Source: an uncultured bacterium
GTDB taxonomy: Bacteria; Desulfobacterota_D; UBA1144; Nemesobacterales; UBA2774
NCBI GenBank assembly: GCA_963825135.1
Contig: CAWGRW010000009.1
Location: 480,001-544,000 of the forward strand
Direction: 5' to 3'
DNA length: 64,000 nt
Shown here piece by piece: positions 1-9,546 of this stretch (the first letter of the stretch is position 1; each line of letters starts with the position of its first letter). Position numbers and translations under genes: made by a program. The notes beneath the pieces were generated by a model. It was not told where the DNA came from. It ran no database searches and worked only from the letters and a program-made list of their open reading frames with translations.

Positions 1-1
1 C

Positions 2-187
2 GCCGATAGTCTCGGAGGAGACGTCGAAATAACGCACATCAATCTGAACGACAATACGGTCGAAGGGCTGAGACACAGGGAGCATCCCGTGTTCTCGGTG
101 CAGTACCACCCCGAGGCCTCGCCCGGCCCCCACGACTCGTCTTACCTGTTCGGGGAATTTATAACCTTCATGGAAGAAAACGGCTAA
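2..187 (+). CDS. carA: Carbamoyl-phosphate synthase small subunit, C-terminal part (runs off window start)
   Basis: Manual translation ...[36 protein letters not shown]...ENG*; contains the CarA signature [14 protein letters not shown]. Confidence 0.95.
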   Translation, partial: ADSLGGDVEITHINLNDNTVEGLRHREHPVFSVQYHPEASPGPHDSSYLFGEFITFMEENG

Positions 188-262
188 GAGCGATCGGTCT
201 CCGGTTTAATCCCGGCCGCGGAATTGAGTCTTATTGCTTAATGATGCACTCGACTTGAAAAC

Positions 263-618
263 TCAGGGCGGCGGGTTTGGCTTAATGCTGTTTTGTACTA
301 GTTCGCTATCTATACGTTCGGGTGATATGTTCTTGATATTTTTGATAAATTCCCTGTGTTTTTCAACATCCACAGGCTTGTGCCTGATCTGTTTCACTCG
401 CGCGGATACTTTCCCAAGTAGTTATCATCATTTAAATTGACACTGGGGCGGATAGGCCTCGGCACAAATCCGCCCCCGCAATTCGGGCAGACATTCGACA
501 GAATGTTCTCGACGCAGCTCTTGCAGAAGGTACATTCGAACGTACAAATCATCGCCTCCGTCGAGCAGGGGGGCAGGGGAGTATTGCAGTTTTCACACGT
601 CGGTCTGAGCTCCAGCAT
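263..618 (-). pseudogene. DUF1272 family Cys-rich protein, frameshifted near 400 (real lesion or sequence error)
   Basis: MLELRPTCENC..ICTFECTFC..CPNCGGG motif; ORF stops at 394, but a family-like tail QIRHKPVDVEKHREFIKNIKNISPER continues in another frame to 263. Confidence 0.75.
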
Positions 619-671
619 CTTCTTCTCCTCACGGTGAGCCCGGGCTTCGATTCTTCATAACGTTATAACGT

Positions 672-2276
672 TTACGCCGCCCTCCGGTCGAGTACCTCCC
701 TGACCGTCTTCTCCGCCTTGTCTATTCCGTCGATTGTCTCTCCGGATATAAGCTTAAGGGCTTCCTCCCCGATTTCGAGCGTTATATCGTAGTTCTTCCT
801 CTTGTTTTTCTCGAACTCCGCGAGCGGGAATATTACGTTCTCGATAAACCTCGCGAACGCGCCCATCGTCCTCCTCCTGACCTTGCCGTAGCCCTTGACC
901 ATGGAGCCGCTCTTCGCTACGAGACATCCGACCCTGTAATCGAGGGACGCATAGTATTTGACCGATTCGATGTACTTCTTTATCAACGCATGCTCTTTCC
1001 TGAACCGGAAGGAGTGTCTCCTCATGAACCTCATCTTGGTTAGGAACCAGAGCCTCGCGTACCCGGAGAATGACGAGGTGGTGGGGGTCTGACCGAATGT
1101 GAGTGGTTTTTTCCAGGGCCAGATTCTTTTGAATAACCCCGTCTCGGTGAAACGCACCGCCGGGGCGACAAGGAAATATGGGAGGAGTCCGTATAATTCC
1201 TCGGCGTCGGGCTTAAGGTAATCGATAACCTTGAAAACCTGGTCGTCCCTGAGCCTCATCTCCTCTTTAATCCTTTTGAACCTGTCCGATTTTATCTTGA
1301 GATCGGCCACCCTGATGCCGTCTTCGTAACTCATGAGGAGCGCGAGGTTCTTCGCGAAATACTCGGTTAGCCTGAACCCTCCCCCTTTCGATTTTTCGTC
1401 GATGTCAAAGACGGCCCTGACCTCTTCTAAATACGCATCGGCGTATTTCGCGTCCTGGTATTCAAGAAGCCTGAATACCGACTCGGCAAGTATCTCCCTG
1501 AGACTCACGGGGAATTCGGCTTCGAGCCTCGACACCCTTCCCAGATACCCTTCCCTCTCGTACTCCTCGAGCTTATCCGCCCTGTCCCGTATGTAGGTTT
1601 CCCATACTACAGACGACTTTTTCGATTCGGGGTTTGTTTGAGACAACACATGCTCGTATCCGACTTCGAACGCTTTTACGCTCGCCTTTGCCGCAACCCC
1701 CACCTTCTCGATCGCTTCGACGAACAGATCCCTGCCGAGCGGCAGCACGCCGGAAGCGGCGACGGCGCCCAGGAGGATAGCGTTCACCGCGAGCTCGTCC
1801 ATGCCGTTCTCCTTGGATAATTCCAGGGCGTCGAGCTCTATGAATCTCGATGAGAATGAGGAGGCTATTTTTCTCAGATTCTCGTCCGAGTATATGCCGC
1901 TTCCGACGGGCATTTTCTCGAGAGTCGAGAATACCCTGTGCGTGCTCGTAACTATGGTCGTTTTATCCGACCCGTAGCCCAATTGAAGCGCTCTGCCGAG
2001 CTCGAGGAATTCCTGCGAGATAATAATATCCACCTCGCCCGGGACCGGGAATTGCGCAAAAATAATCTGCTTGTTCCCCGAGGCCGGCCTGGGGTGCGCT
2101 TCCATGTAGTAAACCGTGGATCCCCCCCTCTGAGAGAGGCCGGGAAGGCTTATGCCCTGAACGTCGTAATTCTCGAGGAAGAACGTCTGAACCAGCCATT
2201 CCGTGAGCACCCCGCCGCCCTGTCCGCCGACGGCAGGGATTAATATTTTTATCAGTTCGCCCTTATTCTGCATCAT
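672..2276 (-). CDS. iorB: Indolepyruvate:ferredoxin oxidoreductase beta subunit with long C-terminal domain
   Basis: AVGGQGGGVL and GLSQRGGS motifs; C-terminal YQDAKYA, YED.IRVA, KGYG; adjacent to iorA. Confidence 0.85.
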   Translation of the reverse strand: MMQNKGELIKILIPAVGGQGGGVLTEWLVQTFFLENYDVQGISLPGLSQRGGSTVYYMEAHPRPASGNKQIIFAQFPVPGEVDIIISQEFLELGRALQLGYGSDKTTIVTSTHRVFSTLEKMPVGSGIYSDENLRKIASSFSSRFIELDALELSKENGMDELAVNAILLGAVAASGVLPLGRDLFVEAIEKVGVAAKASVKAFEVGYEHVLSQTNPESKKSSVVWETYIRDRADKLEEYEREGYLGRVSRLEAEFPVSLREILAESVFRLLEYQDAKYADAYLEEVRAVFDIDEKSKGGGFRLTEYFAKNLALLMSYEDGIRVADLKIKSDRFKRIKEEMRLRDDQVFKVIDYLKPDAEELYGLLPYFLVAPAVRFTETGLFKRIWPWKKPLTFGQTPTTSSFSGYARLWFLTKMRFMRRHSFRFRKEHALIKKYIESVKYYASLDYRVGCLVAKSGSMVKGYGKVRRRTMGAFARFIENVIFPLAEFEKNKRKNYDITLEIGEEALKLISGETIDGIDKAEKTVREVLDRRAA

Positions 2277-2488
2277 AAATCGGTTAAATCCGTTTTCGAG
2301 ACATACTACAACAATTTTTACAGCTTCTACAATCTATATAGCATTTACAATAAATTCCATACATTAAACGAGAGAACGGAGAAATTTAAATATAAACACG
2401 ATGAGAGAAGCGAAGGGGTAAATGTCATTATCAGCCTCCCTTTAAAGGCGGATTTGATGATAAGAAGCCGGGACGATTAATAACTCGG

Positions 2489-4618
2489 TTAACCGGACCA
2501 GCCGTTGCGCGAAACCAGATGAAGCAGAGAACGGTTTATTTTGGCACCGAGGCGGTCGAAGAACGACGGGTTGTCTATTATCTCCACCCTGTAGAAGGAG
2601 GGGCATAATACCGCCGCGTGCGCTATCTCTCCGCAGAGCCCGCAGCCGACGCACGAATGCTCTATGTGCGCCACCGGGTCGTCCCTGAGTATCGTGGGAC
2701 TTTCCTTTAGCGTCAGCGAAGGGCACCCGCTAAACCTCATGCAAGAGTGGTCGCCGGTGCAGACGTCGGGGTCGACGCCTAATTTCTTCTGCACAATGCG
2801 TCTGCCGTCTTTTATATTCTTTTTCACAACTATCTTTTCTCTCCTGGTCTTCTCCAGCTGGCACTCACCCCTGGAAATAATAACCCTGAGACCTTCGTCC
2901 TCTTCATACGCTTCGCCAAGCACTTCAATGGATTCCTTGAGGTCGTAGGGATTGACCGTTTTAATCCACCTGACTCCCGCTCCCCTGAGCGCCTTCTCTA
3001 TGTCCATCCCCACGCCTTCCTGCCTCATGTTCTTGCCCGAGGCCGGGTTCTCGTGGTGCCCGGTCATCGAGGTCCAGAAATTCTCGAGAATAATCAATAT
3101 GGCGTTCTGGTTGTTATACACGGCGTTCGCGACGCTCGACGTAAGACCGCTGTGCCAGAAAGTCCCGTCCCCCATGAACGATATGAACCTCTTGTTCGCC
3201 ATTCTCGACAGCGCGCCTGCCGAAGCGAGACCTATGCCCATGCCGGTAATAGAATTGCTGAGGTCGAAAGGCGGGAGACCGCTCATTGAATAGCACCCTA
3301 TGTCGGAGGCGTAATACGACCTGCCGTAGTCCTCTTCGAGTATCTTGATCGCGGTGAATATGGGTCTTTCCGGACAACCCGTGCAGAAAACGGGATTCCT
3401 CTTCGTGACGGGCTGTTTTAAAAAGGTCGCGGCCCTGTCCTTGTGTTTCTCGGTGAATTCGCTTCTCTCTTTTATTCTCTCTATCTCGTAACCGGAGAGG
3501 GTATTTTTGAGCAGGAATTGACCCACCCCCTTCGCGATATGGTCGGGCGTATATTCCCCGGCCTGCGGAAGAATGTCCTTTCCGAATATATCGAGGCCGA
3601 GCTTCGCCCTCTGTGCGATGGCCCTTATCTGTTCTTCCATGAGATTGGGCATGCCCTCTTCGACGATGAGCACCGCTTTCTTGTCGCGGAGGAACAGTAT
3701 GATCTCCTCGGGCACGAGCGGGTTCGTTACGTTCAGGTTAAGTATAGGTATCCTGGATTCGCCGTACAGACTCGCCTCGCCAAGGTTATACAGGCACCTC
3801 ATAAGCGAGTTGTAAATCATCCCGTGAGTGATAATCCCCATGCTGCTCTCCGAGCCTTCGAAGAACTCATTGAGCTTCCTCTCGAGTATGAACCTCCTGG
3901 CGGCCGGGAGCCTCTCGTGGTATTTCTTCTTTTCGTGCTCAAAGGTGACCGGCGGCAGCGGTATCTTGTCGAGATCGGTTATGAGGTCCTCAAGCCTGTT
4001 AATCGTGCTTATTTTCGCGTCCTTGTTGTCCCGGCACGTCATCTTGTTCATGATGTGGGCCACCCTGGTGGACAACAGATACATGACAGGCATGTTAGAG
4101 TATTCCGAAAGCTCGAACCCGGCCTCGACCATCTTGGCAACGTGATCGAGGTCTCCCCTCGGATCGATCACTGCCATCGTTGACTTGAGTGCGAACGGCA
4201 GCGCCCTTTCGGCTACGCAGGTGCTGTCACAGCCGTAATCCTCTCCGACTATTATCAAGGCTCCGCCCGTAACGCCCGAGGACGATATATGGGAAAGTGC
4301 GTCGGAGGCGACGTTCGTACCGACGATCTTCCAGTTAACAGACCCGCGTATCGGATAGCTTATAGAGGCTGACAGGAGCGCCGCGGCGGACGCCTCGTTC
4401 CCGGAGCAGTCGAAATATATGCCTCTCTTTTTGAGCACCGGCTCGTACGCGTCGGAAATGACGTCGATGAGCCCGGCCGTGGGAGAGCCCGGATAACCCC
4501 CGAGGTAGCTCACCCCGGACTGGAGGAAAGCCTTTAGTATTGCAAGCGGCGTATCCCCGAAAAGGGTTTCCCCTTCGCCGTAATTCAACTGTTCGAGCAG
4601 TTCTTTAGAATAACCCAT
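2489..4618 (-). CDS. iorA: Indolepyruvate:ferredoxin oxidoreductase alpha subunit
   Basis: GYPGSP, FCTGCPER, DIGCY, ThDP motif GDGTFWHSG..N, C-terminal Fe-S cysteines CVGCGLC. Confidence 0.9.
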   Translation of the reverse strand: MGYSKELLEQLNYGEGETLFGDTPLAILKAFLQSGVSYLGGYPGSPTAGLIDVISDAYEPVLKKRGIYFDCSGNEASAAALLSASISYPIRGSVNWKIVGTNVASDALSHISSSGVTGGALIIVGEDYGCDSTCVAERALPFALKSTMAVIDPRGDLDHVAKMVEAGFELSEYSNMPVMYLLSTRVAHIMNKMTCRDNKDAKISTINRLEDLITDLDKIPLPPVTFEHEKKKYHERLPAARRFILERKLNEFFEGSESSMGIITHGMIYNSLMRCLYNLGEASLYGESRIPILNLNVTNPLVPEEIILFLRDKKAVLIVEEGMPNLMEEQIRAIAQRAKLGLDIFGKDILPQAGEYTPDHIAKGVGQFLLKNTLSGYEIERIKERSEFTEKHKDRAATFLKQPVTKRNPVFCTGCPERPIFTAIKILEEDYGRSYYASDIGCYSMSGLPPFDLSNSITGMGIGLASAGALSRMANKRFISFMGDGTFWHSGLTSSVANAVYNNQNAILIILENFWTSMTGHHENPASGKNMRQEGVGMDIEKALRGAGVRWIKTVNPYDLKESIEVLGEAYEEDEGLRVIISRGECQLEKTRREKIVVKKNIKDGRRIVQKKLGVDPDVCTGDHSCMRFSGCPSLTLKESPTILRDDPVAHIEHSCVGCGLCGEIAHAAVLCPSFYRVEIIDNPSFFDRLGAKINRSLLHLVSRNGWSG

Positions 4619-4722
4619 TACAACTCCCGCTCCGAAGCCAATTCAGAACCCCGGCGTCTATAATCTACCAGATACGGGGCGGATATACCAGACAAATAAC
4701 CGGCGGCCAATCCCCCTTACGC

Positions 4723-5193
4723 TCAATCCCGGGTTTCCAAACCGTCCCTTATCACAAAGAAATAATCTCTGAGAGCCTCTTCCTGCTCCCAGGTGACGAG
4801 ATGAAACGGCCTCCTCATCTTGACTACTTCGAGAGCCGTTCCAGGGTCGATTCTCATATTATGCATGAGAAAGCACGCGAGCATTAAATTCGTCCTCCCC
4901 ATACCGGCGTAGCAATGAACGGCAACCCGTCGACCGTCGGAGATTTGGGTGTTCACGAAATCGATGAATTCCCTGAAATCCTCGAGCGACGGCGCCCTGA
5001 AATCATTCACGGGGATATGTTTCACGATAAAGCCTTCATACTCCCTCGCGTGCTCCTTTTCCTCCAGGTTCACTATCGCGCCGATGCCCTCCCCCCTCAG
5101 GAATGCAAGGTCGTCGTCGTGTCCGTTTATGAGACCCGGCCTCTCCATTCCCGCGATAACGCCTTCCACGACCCACGAAAATCTTTCGGGCAC
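4723..5193 (-). CDS. Dual-specificity / protein tyrosine phosphatase
   Basis: HCYAGMGRT = CX5R active site; GTG start at 5193 follows AAGGAG SD, 5 nt after the nfi stop (the longer ORF call overlaps nfi). Confidence 0.85.
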   Translation of the reverse strand: MPERFSWVVEGVIAGMERPGLINGHDDDLAFLRGEGIGAIVNLEEKEHAREYEGFIVKHIPVNDFRAPSLEDFREFIDFVNTQISDGRRVAVHCYAGMGRTNLMLACFLMHNMRIDPGTALEVVKMRRPFHLVTWEQEEALRDYFFVIRDGLETRD

Positions 5194-5198
5194 AGTCT

Positions 5199-5897
5199 CT
5201 ATCTCCTTTTCTTTAGCTCCGCGACATAAATATCGGCCCGCCTTGTGGGTTCGGGTATCCTGTACCCCCTCGCGCATTCAAGGGCGATGTCCCTCGCCGA
5301 CTCAGGGTCGAGCTTATGGCCCGGAGAAACGAATACGGGCTTCGTATTATCCCTCGTCCTCAGGACCGAGCCTATCACTTCACCCTCCTTAGACAGTAAC
5401 GGGCTTGAGGAACCCCGTTTCTCACCGGGCTCGTCGTAAACGCCGTAAAGCCTCTTTTTGGCAATCCCCATCGCGGGTATATCGAGCAGAACGCCTACGT
5501 GGCATGCGATGCCGAATCCCCGGGGGTGGGCTATGCCCTGGCCGTCTATGATGAGGAGGTCGGGCCTCTGTTTCAGCCTTTTGAGCGTCTCGATGATGGC
5601 GGGCCCTTCCCTGAAAGCGAGCAAGCCCGGTATGTATGGGAATTTCTCGTCGCTGACGGTATAAACCCGCTCGATCTCCGTGAGGTCAGGATACGAAAAC
5701 AATATTATCCCGCAGACGAGCTTCTTCTCGCTTGTCAGAACGGAGAGATCCGCCCCCGCAACCGTTTTAAGCTCACCGGACCGCCTCTCTCTTATAACCC
5801 GCTTGCTTAACTCCTTCTGGACATCGAAGGCGCGGGAGACCGATAGGCCGCCTTCTCCGTAGATACGATGCAGGTCCCCGGGATCAGTGGCACCCAT
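5199..5897 (-). CDS. nfi: Endonuclease V
   Basis: AGADLS, FPYIPGLLAFRE, DGQGIAHPRGFGIA, GIAKK, SPGH, YRIPEPTR. Confidence 0.95.
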   Translation of the reverse strand: MGATDPGDLHRIYGEGGLSVSRAFDVQKELSKRVIRERRSGELKTVAGADLSVLTSEKKLVCGIILFSYPDLTEIERVYTVSDEKFPYIPGLLAFREGPAIIETLKRLKQRPDLLIIDGQGIAHPRGFGIACHVGVLLDIPAMGIAKKRLYGVYDEPGEKRGSSSPLLSKEGEVIGSVLRTRDNTKPVFVSPGHKLDPESARDIALECARGYRIPEPTRRADIYVAELKKRR

Positions 5898-6135
5898 ATT
5901 TATCCCCTATCACCCTCTTGAATCTCGGGGCGTAAATAAGCTCGAAGGCGAGCTCTTTGCCCGGAAAGAGCCTGAGCGCAAAACCCCTGACCTTTTCAAA
6001 ATGATCGAGCGCCTCCTCGCGCGTCAGATTCGTCTGATACATGAGGGATATGGTCAAATCGACCATCAGGCGCAGAAGCCTGAGCTTCCTGTTTTCCTCG
6101 GCTATTTCTTCGGTTGTGGGAACGTGTTTATCCAT
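5884..6135 (-). CDS. Small helical hypothetical protein, overlaps nfi start
   Basis: 83-aa ORF with protein-like composition (LFPGKE..FELIYAPRF); 14-bp overlap with nfi. Confidence 0.75.
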   Translation of the reverse strand: MDKHVPTTEEIAEENRKLRLLRLMVDLTISLMYQTNLTREEALDHFEKVRGFALRLFPGKELAFELIYAPRFKRVIGDKYGCH

Positions 6136-6308
6136 CTTAATCGCCCCGAGCAGGCACGCTAATCATGACAATCCAGTATGAAAGTATACACGAACCGACA
6201 CCGGGAATTAACCAATCCCTTACGCACGCCGCGCCGTATGTATTTGTCCGCAACCATAAAATTCGGTAGAATCAAACGGCATCATCTAAAACCGCAAGGA
6301 TATACGAA

Positions 6309-7301
6309 ATGAAGCTCAGAATGGCTTTCGTCATGGACCCGGTAGAGACCATTAACACGGAGAAGGACACCACCTACGTCCTGATGCTCGAAGCTCAATC
6401 AAGGGGGCACGAGGTGCTTTACCTAGAGCTCAAAGACCTCTTCGTAAAAAATGCGAAGCCCTACGGCGCCGCCGCCCGCATAACCCTCAAGAGAGGCCCC
6501 GACTACTATAAGCTGGGCAAGAGGGAAACCGTCGAAATGGATAGTTTCGATGCGGTATGGATGCGGAAAGACCCGCCCTTCAACCAGGACTACATATACG
6601 CGACTTATATACTGAGCCTCATAGACCGGACCAAGACCAGGGTGATAAACGACCCGAGGGGCATAAGAGAGTCAAACGAGAAGCTCTACACGCTGTATTT
6701 CCCGGAATGGATACCGGACTCGGTCGTGACGAAAGATATAGCGCAGCTCAATAAGTTCCTGACCGAGGCCGGCGGGGAGATAGTAGTGAAGCCGCTCGAC
6801 GGCCACGGCGGCGAGGGGGTTTTCTACGTCCGTGAGGGCGACAGGAATTCGAACGTGATACTCGAGACCGTAACCAACTTTGGAAAACAGTACGTGCTCG
6901 CGCAGAGGTTCATAAAAGAAGTGAGCGAGGGAGACAAGAGGATCATACTCTTGAACGGAGAGCCCCTCGGTGCGGTATTGAGGGTGCCGAAGCCGGGCGG
7001 TGAATTCAGGTGCAATTTCCATTCGGGAGGAAGCCCGGCCAGGTCGGAGCTCACCGGGAGGGATCTCAATATTTGCGAGGCACTCGGCCCCAGGCTAAGG
7101 AAGGACGGCCTCTATTTCGTCGGCTTAGACGTCATCGGCGGGTACATAACCGAGATAAACACGACGAGCCCCACCGGGGTCCAGGAGATAAACAGGCTTA
7201 ACGGAGTGAAGCTCGAAACGGGCGTAATCGACTTCGCAGAGGAGCTCTGCTCGCGCTTAGGCCGTGATCGTTCCCCGCGCATACATGACGGGACGGAGTG
7301 A
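6309..7301 (+). CDS. gshB: Glutathione synthetase
   Basis: FVMDP, KDTT, MRKDPP, NEK, KPLDG.GG, GDKR, EIN.TSPTG. Confidence 0.95.
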   Translation: MKLRMAFVMDPVETINTEKDTTYVLMLEAQSRGHEVLYLELKDLFVKNAKPYGAAARITLKRGPDYYKLGKRETVEMDSFDAVWMRKDPPFNQDYIYATYILSLIDRTKTRVINDPRGIRESNEKLYTLYFPEWIPDSVVTKDIAQLNKFLTEAGGEIVVKPLDGHGGEGVFYVREGDRNSNVILETVTNFGKQYVLAQRFIKEVSEGDKRIILLNGEPLGAVLRVPKPGGEFRCNFHSGGSPARSELTGRDLNICEALGPRLRKDGLYFVGLDVIGGYITEINTTSPTGVQEINRLNGVKLETGVIDFAEELCSRLGRDRSPRIHDGTE

Positions 7302-7314
7302 TAGGGAGGACGGA

Positions 7315-7605
7315 ATGAAAATCACGAGAGACGACGTTATCAAGGTCGCTGAGCTCGCGAGGCTCGAATTCAAAGAGGAAGAGCTCGGGAAATTCACGGA
7401 GCAGCTCGGGAATATACTTACGTACATCGGAAAGCTGAACGAGCTCGACACGAAAGACGTCGAGCCTACGTCCCACGTGCTCGATCTCGCAACGCCCCTC
7501 CGGGAAGACGCGGTTGAGGAATGGCTCACCGTCGGGGAAGCCCTGGCGAACGCTCCCGAGGAGGAGGACGGGTTCTTCGTCGTCCCTCAGGTAATTGAAG
7601 ACTAA
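7315..7605 (+). CDS. gatC: Asp/Glu-tRNA amidotransferase subunit C
   Basis: VAELARL, LDT..VEPT, LRED, NAP, FFVVP; ATG 7315 after GGAGG. Confidence 0.93.
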   Translation: MKITRDDVIKVAELARLEFKEEELGKFTEQLGNILTYIGKLNELDTKDVEPTSHVLDLATPLREDAVEEWLTVGEALANAPEEEDGFFVVPQVIED

Positions 7606-7617
7606 GGAGAGGATTGA

Positions 7618-9078
7618 ATGGAACTCCCGTTTTTATCGATAGGGGAAGCATCGAGGCTAATGAAGAAAAAGGAGATTTCCCCGAAGGATCTCACCGAGTC
7701 GGTTCTCGACAGGATCGAGAAGCTCGACGGAACGCTCAATTCCTACATCACGGTGATGGGGGAAAAGGCCCTGGATTCTGCAGTGATAGCCGAAGAGGAA
7801 ATCACCGCGGGCAGGTACCGGGGCCCACTTCACGGCATACCCCTCGGACTGAAAGACATATTCGTCATGAAGGGCGTCCCCGCGACGTGCGGCTCGAAGA
7901 TGCTCGAGAGCTTCGTCCCCCCCTACGACGCCACGGTAACGAAAAAACTTCTCGACGCCGGCGCGGTTATTCTCGGCAAGAACAACATGGACGAGTTCGC
8001 CATGGGCTCGTCGACCGAGACCTCTTATTTCGGCCCGACGAAGAACCCGTGGGACGTCGAGAGGGTCCCCGGAGGCTCGAGCGGCGGGTCGGCGGCGGCC
8101 ACGGCCGCTTCGCTATGCCTGGGGTCGGTAGGCACCGACACGGGCGGCTCCATCAGGCAGCCGGCCTCGTTCTGCGGCGTAGTAGGCATGAAGCCCACGT
8201 ACGGGCGCGTGAGCAGGTTCGGGATGATCGCGTTCGCGTCTTCACTCGACCAGGCGGGCCCCATAACCAAAACAGTCGAGGACACCGCTTTAATACTGAA
8301 TGCTATCTCCGGACATGATAGGAGAGATTCCACGTGCGTTAATACCCCGGCGCCAGATTATACGAAGAGCCTGAAAGAGGACATAAAGGGCGTGAAGGTG
8401 GGGGTGCCGAGGGAGTATTTCATCCCCGGCATGGACAGTGAGGTGGAAGACGCGGCGAAGAAGGCGATTTCGCTCGTCGAGGGCCTGGGAGCCGAGATCA
8501 TAGAGATATCCCTGCCCCACACGGAATACGCCGTCCTGACTTACTACATCATCGCCCCCTGTGAGGCGAGCTCGAACCTCGCGCGATACGACGGCGTGAA
8601 ATACGGCTTCCGCGCGGCAGACGCAAGTACGCTAAGGGACATGTATCTCAAGACCAGGGCCGAGGGGTTTGGCAACGAGGTCAAGAGAAGGATTATGCTG
8701 GGCACGTACGCGCTGTCCGCGGGCTACTACGACGCCTATTATCTCAAGGCCCAGAGGGTAAGGACCCTCATAAAAAGGGACTTCGACGAGGCTTTTGAAA
8801 AGGTCGATGTAATCATGGCCCCCACCGCGCCCGAAACGGCGTTCAGGTTCGGCGAAAAAACGGGCGACCCGATAAAGATGTATCTGTCCGACGTCCTGAC
8901 CATACCGTGCAACATCGCGGGGCTTCCGGGGATATCCGTACCCTGCGGATTTTCATCGGGCGGACTGCCGATAGGGATTCAGGTTCTCGGTAAGGCTTTT
9001 GACGAGGAATCGGTCATCCGGGTAGCGCACGCATACGAGCAGCACGCCGGATGGAAAGAAAGAAGGCCAGAGATTTAG
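7618..9078 (+). CDS. gatA: Asp/Glu-tRNA amidotransferase subunit A
   Basis: Amidase signature [35 protein letters not shown]. Confidence 0.97.
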   Translation: MELPFLSIGEASRLMKKKEISPKDLTESVLDRIEKLDGTLNSYITVMGEKALDSAVIAEEEITAGRYRGPLHGIPLGLKDIFVMKGVPATCGSKMLESFVPPYDATVTKKLLDAGAVILGKNNMDEFAMGSSTETSYFGPTKNPWDVERVPGGSSGGSAAATAASLCLGSVGTDTGGSIRQPASFCGVVGMKPTYGRVSRFGMIAFASSLDQAGPITKTVEDTALILNAISGHDRRDSTCVNTPAPDYTKSLKEDIKGVKVGVPREYFIPGMDSEVEDAAKKAISLVEGLGAEIIEISLPHTEYAVLTYYIIAPCEASSNLARYDGVKYGFRAADASTLRDMYLKTRAEGFGNEVKRRIMLGTYALSAGYYDAYYLKAQRVRTLIKRDFDEAFEKVDVIMAPTAPETAFRFGEKTGDPIKMYLSDVLTIPCNIAGLPGISVPCGFSSGGLPIGIQVLGKAFDEESVIRVAHAYEQHAGWKERRPEI

Positions 9079-9156
9079 GGCTGTTCGCGGGGAATGAAAA
9101 TTTTTTTCATCTCCGGTTAACAGTGTCCGGTAAAATTATAAGAGGGAGCGACCATA

Positions 9157-9354
9157 ATGACCGAAAAGAAGGAAAAGAAGAAGGTGTGCATGTTATGCGG
9201 GAAGCCGTCGGAGTCCTCTATCTGCGATGAGTGCAAGGCAAAGGTGCAAGGTGAAGCGGCGGGGGAGAAGCAAAGAATCGAGAAGCAGGCGAGAGTCGGC
9301 TCGGAAGTGGAGAAGGACAGGCTCGTGAAAAAGCATATAGACGGGAAAAAATGA
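9157..9354 (+). CDS. Small Zn-ribbon (CxxC-x8-CxxC) protein with charged helix
   Basis: CMLC..CDEC; SD GAGGGAG upstream. Confidence 0.75.
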   Translation: MTEKKEKKKVCMLCGKPSESSICDECKAKVQGEAAGEKQRIEKQARVGSEVEKDRLVKKHIDGKK

Positions 9355-9381
9355 TTTTCCCGTCCCTGACAATAGAAGATG

Positions 9382-9407
9382 AGATTCCGGATCGAGTCCG
9401 GAATGAC
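9382..9407. repeat. REP-like palindrome (GTCATTCCGGACTCGATCCGGAATCT on - strand)
   Basis: 8-bp stem ATTCCGGA/TCCGGAAT with 5-nt loop, between convergent genes. Confidence 0.6.
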
Positions 9408-9429
9408 GAATAAAAAAACCGGAAATGAG

Positions 9430-9466
9430 AAATCCACCCTAACCCTCCTTTACGAAAGGAGGGAAT
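9430..9466. repeat. REP-like CCCTCC...GGAGGG hairpin, possible terminator
   Basis: Perfect 9-bp stem CCCTCCTTT-ACG-AAAGGAGGG (9443-9463); related copy at 13913-13956. Confidence 0.6.
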
Positions 9467-9546
9467 TGAAGGAAAAAGCAAATGATAGATTTCTCACGCT
9501 GTTCGAAAGGCACCCCCTCACACTCCCCCACATTTTTATTAATTAT

